Shown in pieces: positions 54,416-57,788 of a DNA stretch of 57,788 nt; the stretch's first letter is position 1; each line of letters starts with the position of its first letter. The stretch lies in assembly GCF_001194135.2 (NCBI RefSeq), contig NC_068993.1:45895267-45953054 (forward strand). Direction: 5' to 3'. The position numbers and the translations under genes are program-made. Under the pieces are notes generated by a model. The model was not told where the DNA came from. It was given only the letters and a program-made list of their open reading frames with translations, and made no database searches. This DNA comes from Octopus bimaculoides. Its lineage: Eukaryota.

Positions 54416-54889
54416 AACCAGTAGGTCATGTAACCTTGACCATACATATACGTACACGCCCATATAAACACTATTTGACTACCTCAAGATTATTTGTCAT
54501 TCAGTTGGTTACTTTTTTGATTCCAGGTTTGCAGCCATTACTCCCCTAGCAAGATATCTAAGTTGACTTGACGATTTAGTCGCTGACACCCTGATCAGGT
54601 ACCGGTTGCATTGGCTGACTTGGTTGAGAGGAAAATTACTGGCTTATCAGATCAGATCTCTGACTTCATACACTTGGGCACACAAACACACACGCACGCA
54701 TACACACACACGCATGCACACATACACACACTCTTTCTCCCCCCCCCCTCCACACAAACACACGCGCACACACGCAGATACAAATGTACATACCTATATT
54801 GTTATATGTTGAGTAGCTTTTAAAAAAAATGAAAAAGTGAAAAATTATCCAGTACGTAAGTGGATTAACAAGAAGGTAATACGTTACAG

Positions 54890-55120
54890 AAGAAGCGGTG
54901 TGGGAGGTGGAAGAGGAAGGAACGAGGGAGAGAAGGAGGAAGAGGTGAAGAAAGAGGGGTACGAGGAAGAAAAAGGAAGGGCCGGAAGAAGACAATATAA
55001 AGGTGAAGAAAAGAAGAAGAAGAAGTAGGAGGAGGAGGAGGGGGAACTGGAGGAGAAGAAAAAGAAGAAGAAGAAGAAGAAGGAGAAGAAGAAGAAGAAT
55101 AAGAAGAAGAAGAAAGAAAG
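54890..55120. repeat. Polypurine (GAA/GGA)-rich low-complexity tract
   Basis: Directly visible. Confidence 0.9.
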
Positions 55121-55317
55121 AAGAAATATTTTCCTATAACTTGACCTTTCAATTATCTTCATCTTCTTGTCCGCCTTTGTTTGCTGCCACGCTTCTGTGA
55201 TTTCAACCAAATGACTAAACACATTCCTAAAATAGGAATCGTAAAAATTAATTCCCAATGTCAACTATCTATTCAGTTCTATTTTTGGCAAGTCTGACGC
55301 CAAAAACCATTAACCAT

Positions 55318-55457
55318 TTCTTCTTCTTCTTCTTCTTCTTCTTCTTCTTCTTCTTCTTCTTCTTCTTCTTCTTCTTCTTCTTCTTCTTCTTCTTCTTCTT
55401 CTTCTTCTTCTTCTTCTTCTTCTTCTTCTTCTTCTTCTTCTTCTTCTTCTTCTTCTT
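55318..55457. repeat. Perfect (TTC)n microsatellite
   Basis: Directly visible. Confidence 0.95.
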
Positions 55458-55521
55458 TCTTTCTTTCTTTCTGTCTTTCTTTTTGTTTGTTACTTTATTT
55501 TCTAACATTCGTCTCTTGTAG

Positions 55522-55618
55522 ACTCAATCATCTACAAAACAATATTGTCACTGAAACAGAACTCATAAGCGACCTGCTGACCACGGACTTCCTGAGTAAC
55601 ACGGTTGACAAAAAATAA
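55522..55618 (+). CDS. Candidate terminal coding exon xLNHLQNNIVTETELISDLLTTDFLSNTVDKK*; product unknown
   Basis: Preceded by a pyrimidine tract, branch-point-like CTAAC (55502-55506) and attcgtctcttgtag acceptor. One frame is open to TAA at 55616-55618. No homology recognised. Confidence 0.25.
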
Positions 55619-55800
55619 CCTTTAGTTTTCTTGGTTGAAAAGAGGATGTTCAATGCTTTATGCGGCCCGCCTGCGTCTTGAAAAAGGTTGTCTATGGGTG
55701 ATATATAAAATAGCATAATTACATAGACACACACTCCTGTATGTATTTCACTATGTGCGTGTCTGCATGTGTGTTTGTATGTCATACACACACTCACATA

Positions 55801-55887
<87 letters not shown>

Positions 55888-55964
55888 CATCTATCTACCG
55901 ATCTATCTAACAATCTCTCCCATTCTCTCTTTCTCTCCCCCTCTCTCTCATATATATATATTAT

Positions 55965-56024
55965 ATCGAGCCGACTAAAGTATTTTGAGTGGATTTGGTT
56001 GACGGAAACTGATAGAAGCCCGTC
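55965..56024 (+). mobile_element. SINE family B body fragment
   Basis: gagccgactaaagtattttgagtggatttggttgacggaaactgatagaagcccgtc. Confidence 0.7.
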
Positions 56025-56031
56025 ATATATA

Positions 56032-56438
56032 CAGGAGTGGCTGTGTGGTAAGTAGCTTGCTTACCACCCACATGGCTCCGGGTTCAGTCCCACTGCGTGG
56101 CATCTTGGGCAAATGTCTTTTACTATAGCCTCGGGCCGACCAAAGCCTTGTGAGTGGATTTGGTAGACGGAAACTGAAAGAAGCCCGTCGTATATATGTA
56201 TATATATATGTGTGTGTGTGTGTTTGTCCCCCTAGCATTGCTTGACAACCGATGCTGGTGTGTGTTTATGTCCTCGTCACTTAGCGGTTCGGCAAAAAGA
56301 GACCGATAGAATAAGTACTAGGCTTACACAAAATTAGTCCTCGGGTCGATTTCTTCGACTAAAACTCTTTAAAGCGACGATCCCGTGTGGCCGCAGTCAA
56401 ATGACTGTAACAAGTAAAAGAAAAAAGAATAAAAGAAT
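56032..56438 (+). mobile_element. SINE family B, full length (near-consensus 5' part, diverged 3' part)
   Basis: caggagtggctgtgtggtaagtagcttgcttacc...ccgggttcagtcccactgcgtggcatcttgggcaaatgtc...gcagtcaaatgactgtaacaagtaaaag. Confidence 0.9.
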
Positions 56439-56557
56439 GTATATACATACATATATATATATATATANNNNNNNNNNNNNNNNNNNNNNNNNNNNNNNNN
56501 NNNNNNNNNNNNNNNNNNNNNNNNNNNNNNNNNNNNNNNNNNNNNNNNNNNNNNNNN

Positions 56558-56756
56558 ATCGTTTGACAACCGATGCTGGTATGGTTATGTCCCCGTAACT
56601 TAGCGATTCGGGACAAGAAACCGATACAATAAGTACTAGGCTTACACAAAATTAGTCCTCGGGTCGATTTCTTCGACTAAAACTCTTTAAAGCGACGATC
56701 CCGTGTGGCCGCAGTCAAATGACTGTAACAAGTAAAAGAAAAAAGAATAAAAGAAT
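56558..56756 (+). mobile_element. SINE family B 3' half, after gap
   Basis: gacaaccgatgctgg...cccgtaacttagcg...aataagtactaggcttac...aaaagaataaaagaat. Confidence 0.85.
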
Positions 56757-56760
56757 GTAT

Positions 56761-56808
<48 letters not shown>

Positions 56809-57329
56809 GCAGACACGAACATATATACAAGCGCACACACGCATACACACACATTCATAAGTGTGTTTGAAATACCATTTGAACACTAGACTCAATATAA
56901 TCGACTTGCTCTCTCCCCGCCAAATTGCTGGACTTGTACCAAAATTTTAAATTAATATTATATAAAATCATAGACTTTTAAAATTTCAACAGCAATTCTT
57001 CTCTATCGTTATTAGAAAACACTACACCCCCAAGATACAGTCCTAAATATTTCCTTTAATAAAATAAACATACAACGGGAAACAATAAATACCGAATCGA
57101 TTTCGTGCAAGATCTTTGGTGTTGATAAGAAAACCTTTATAAAATCACTTGACCCGCTACATAAATATTTTCACATATCAATTGATTGTTAAAGAACTTT
57201 ATCTGCTTATCAGACAATTCAATGATTTGCTGTTACGTTACAAGAACGATACATAAATGTAAATTGACTTTTAATGTGCTTATCGACGTATTTTGAATTT
57301 TTAATGTTCATTAACAATGACCGCCGTAA

Positions 57330-57337
57330 ACATCTAC

Positions 57338-57389
<52 letters not shown>

Positions 57390-57462
57390 ATATCTATCAA
57401 TTTATCTATTTATTTATTTATCTATCTATCTATCTATTTCTATCTTTCTCTCTTTCTCTCTC
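57330..57462. repeat. (CTAT)n/(CT)n microsatellite
   Basis: Directly visible. Confidence 0.95.
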
Positions 57463-57464
57463 TT

Positions 57465-57788
57465 CGACCCCTCCCCTCCTTCAAACGAGCCCACAACCTA
57501 CGGGACCTCTTGGTCCACAGCTTCTTCCCCAACCCAACCTCCCAACCTGGCTCGTTCCCCTGATCCCGCCCACGCTTCCGCACTTGCCCTTAATTCTCCA
57601 ACACCACCCTCCTCACCAGCACCCATCACCGACCCTATCACATCACCGACTCCTTCACCTGCACTTCTACCAACCTCATCTATTGCCTCTCCTGCTCTCT
57701 CTGCCATTCTCGGTACATCGGACAAACGGGGCGCCGCCTGGCCGACCGATTCGCGGAACACCTCCGAGACATCAACGTTGGTAATGAC
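57465..57788 (+). mobile_element. GC-rich Penelope-like element fragment: GIY-YIG endonuclease, pseudogenised, runs off the window end
   Basis: PLPSFKRAHNLRDLLVHS...PGSFP*SRPRFRTCP, then after a frameshift YHITDSFTCTSTNLIYCLSCSLCHSRYIGQTGRRLADRFAEHLRDI. This gives the LIYC..C...YIGQT GIY-YIG motif with a preceding Cys-rich linker. Confidence 0.9.

Overview
AT-rich, microsatellite-saturated eukaryotic genomic DNA from a gapped short-read assembly. There are 15 N-runs (1452-1923, 3470-3504, 6154-6451, 11320-11492, 12379-12593, 13324-13333, 26503-26655, 27458-27535, 28618-28671, 40371-40972, 46158-46412, 48695-49526, 52929-53900, 54253-54262, 56468-56557), almost all flanked by simple repeats. 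The repeat families look like those I associate with Octopus/coleoid cephalopod genomes (inference, not database-verified). I could not identify an intact protein-coding gene; most supplied ORFs are microsatellite or gap artefacts, so the window is probably intronic or intergenic. Supportable content: about 25 copies of four tRNA-headed SINE families (my labels A-D); three decayed Penelope-like elements (RT and/or GIY-YIG); short 3' relics of CR1/L2-type, RTE-type and R4/Dong-type LINEs; and several foldback/palindromic elements. The most interesting observation is a tRNA-headed SINE (41018-41283) whose 3' half contains a complete minimal hammerhead-ribozyme motif of the Penelope/retrozyme type. 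This suggests a Pol III-driven, ribozyme-bearing non-autonomous element mobilised by Penelope-like RTs; its novelty is unverified.
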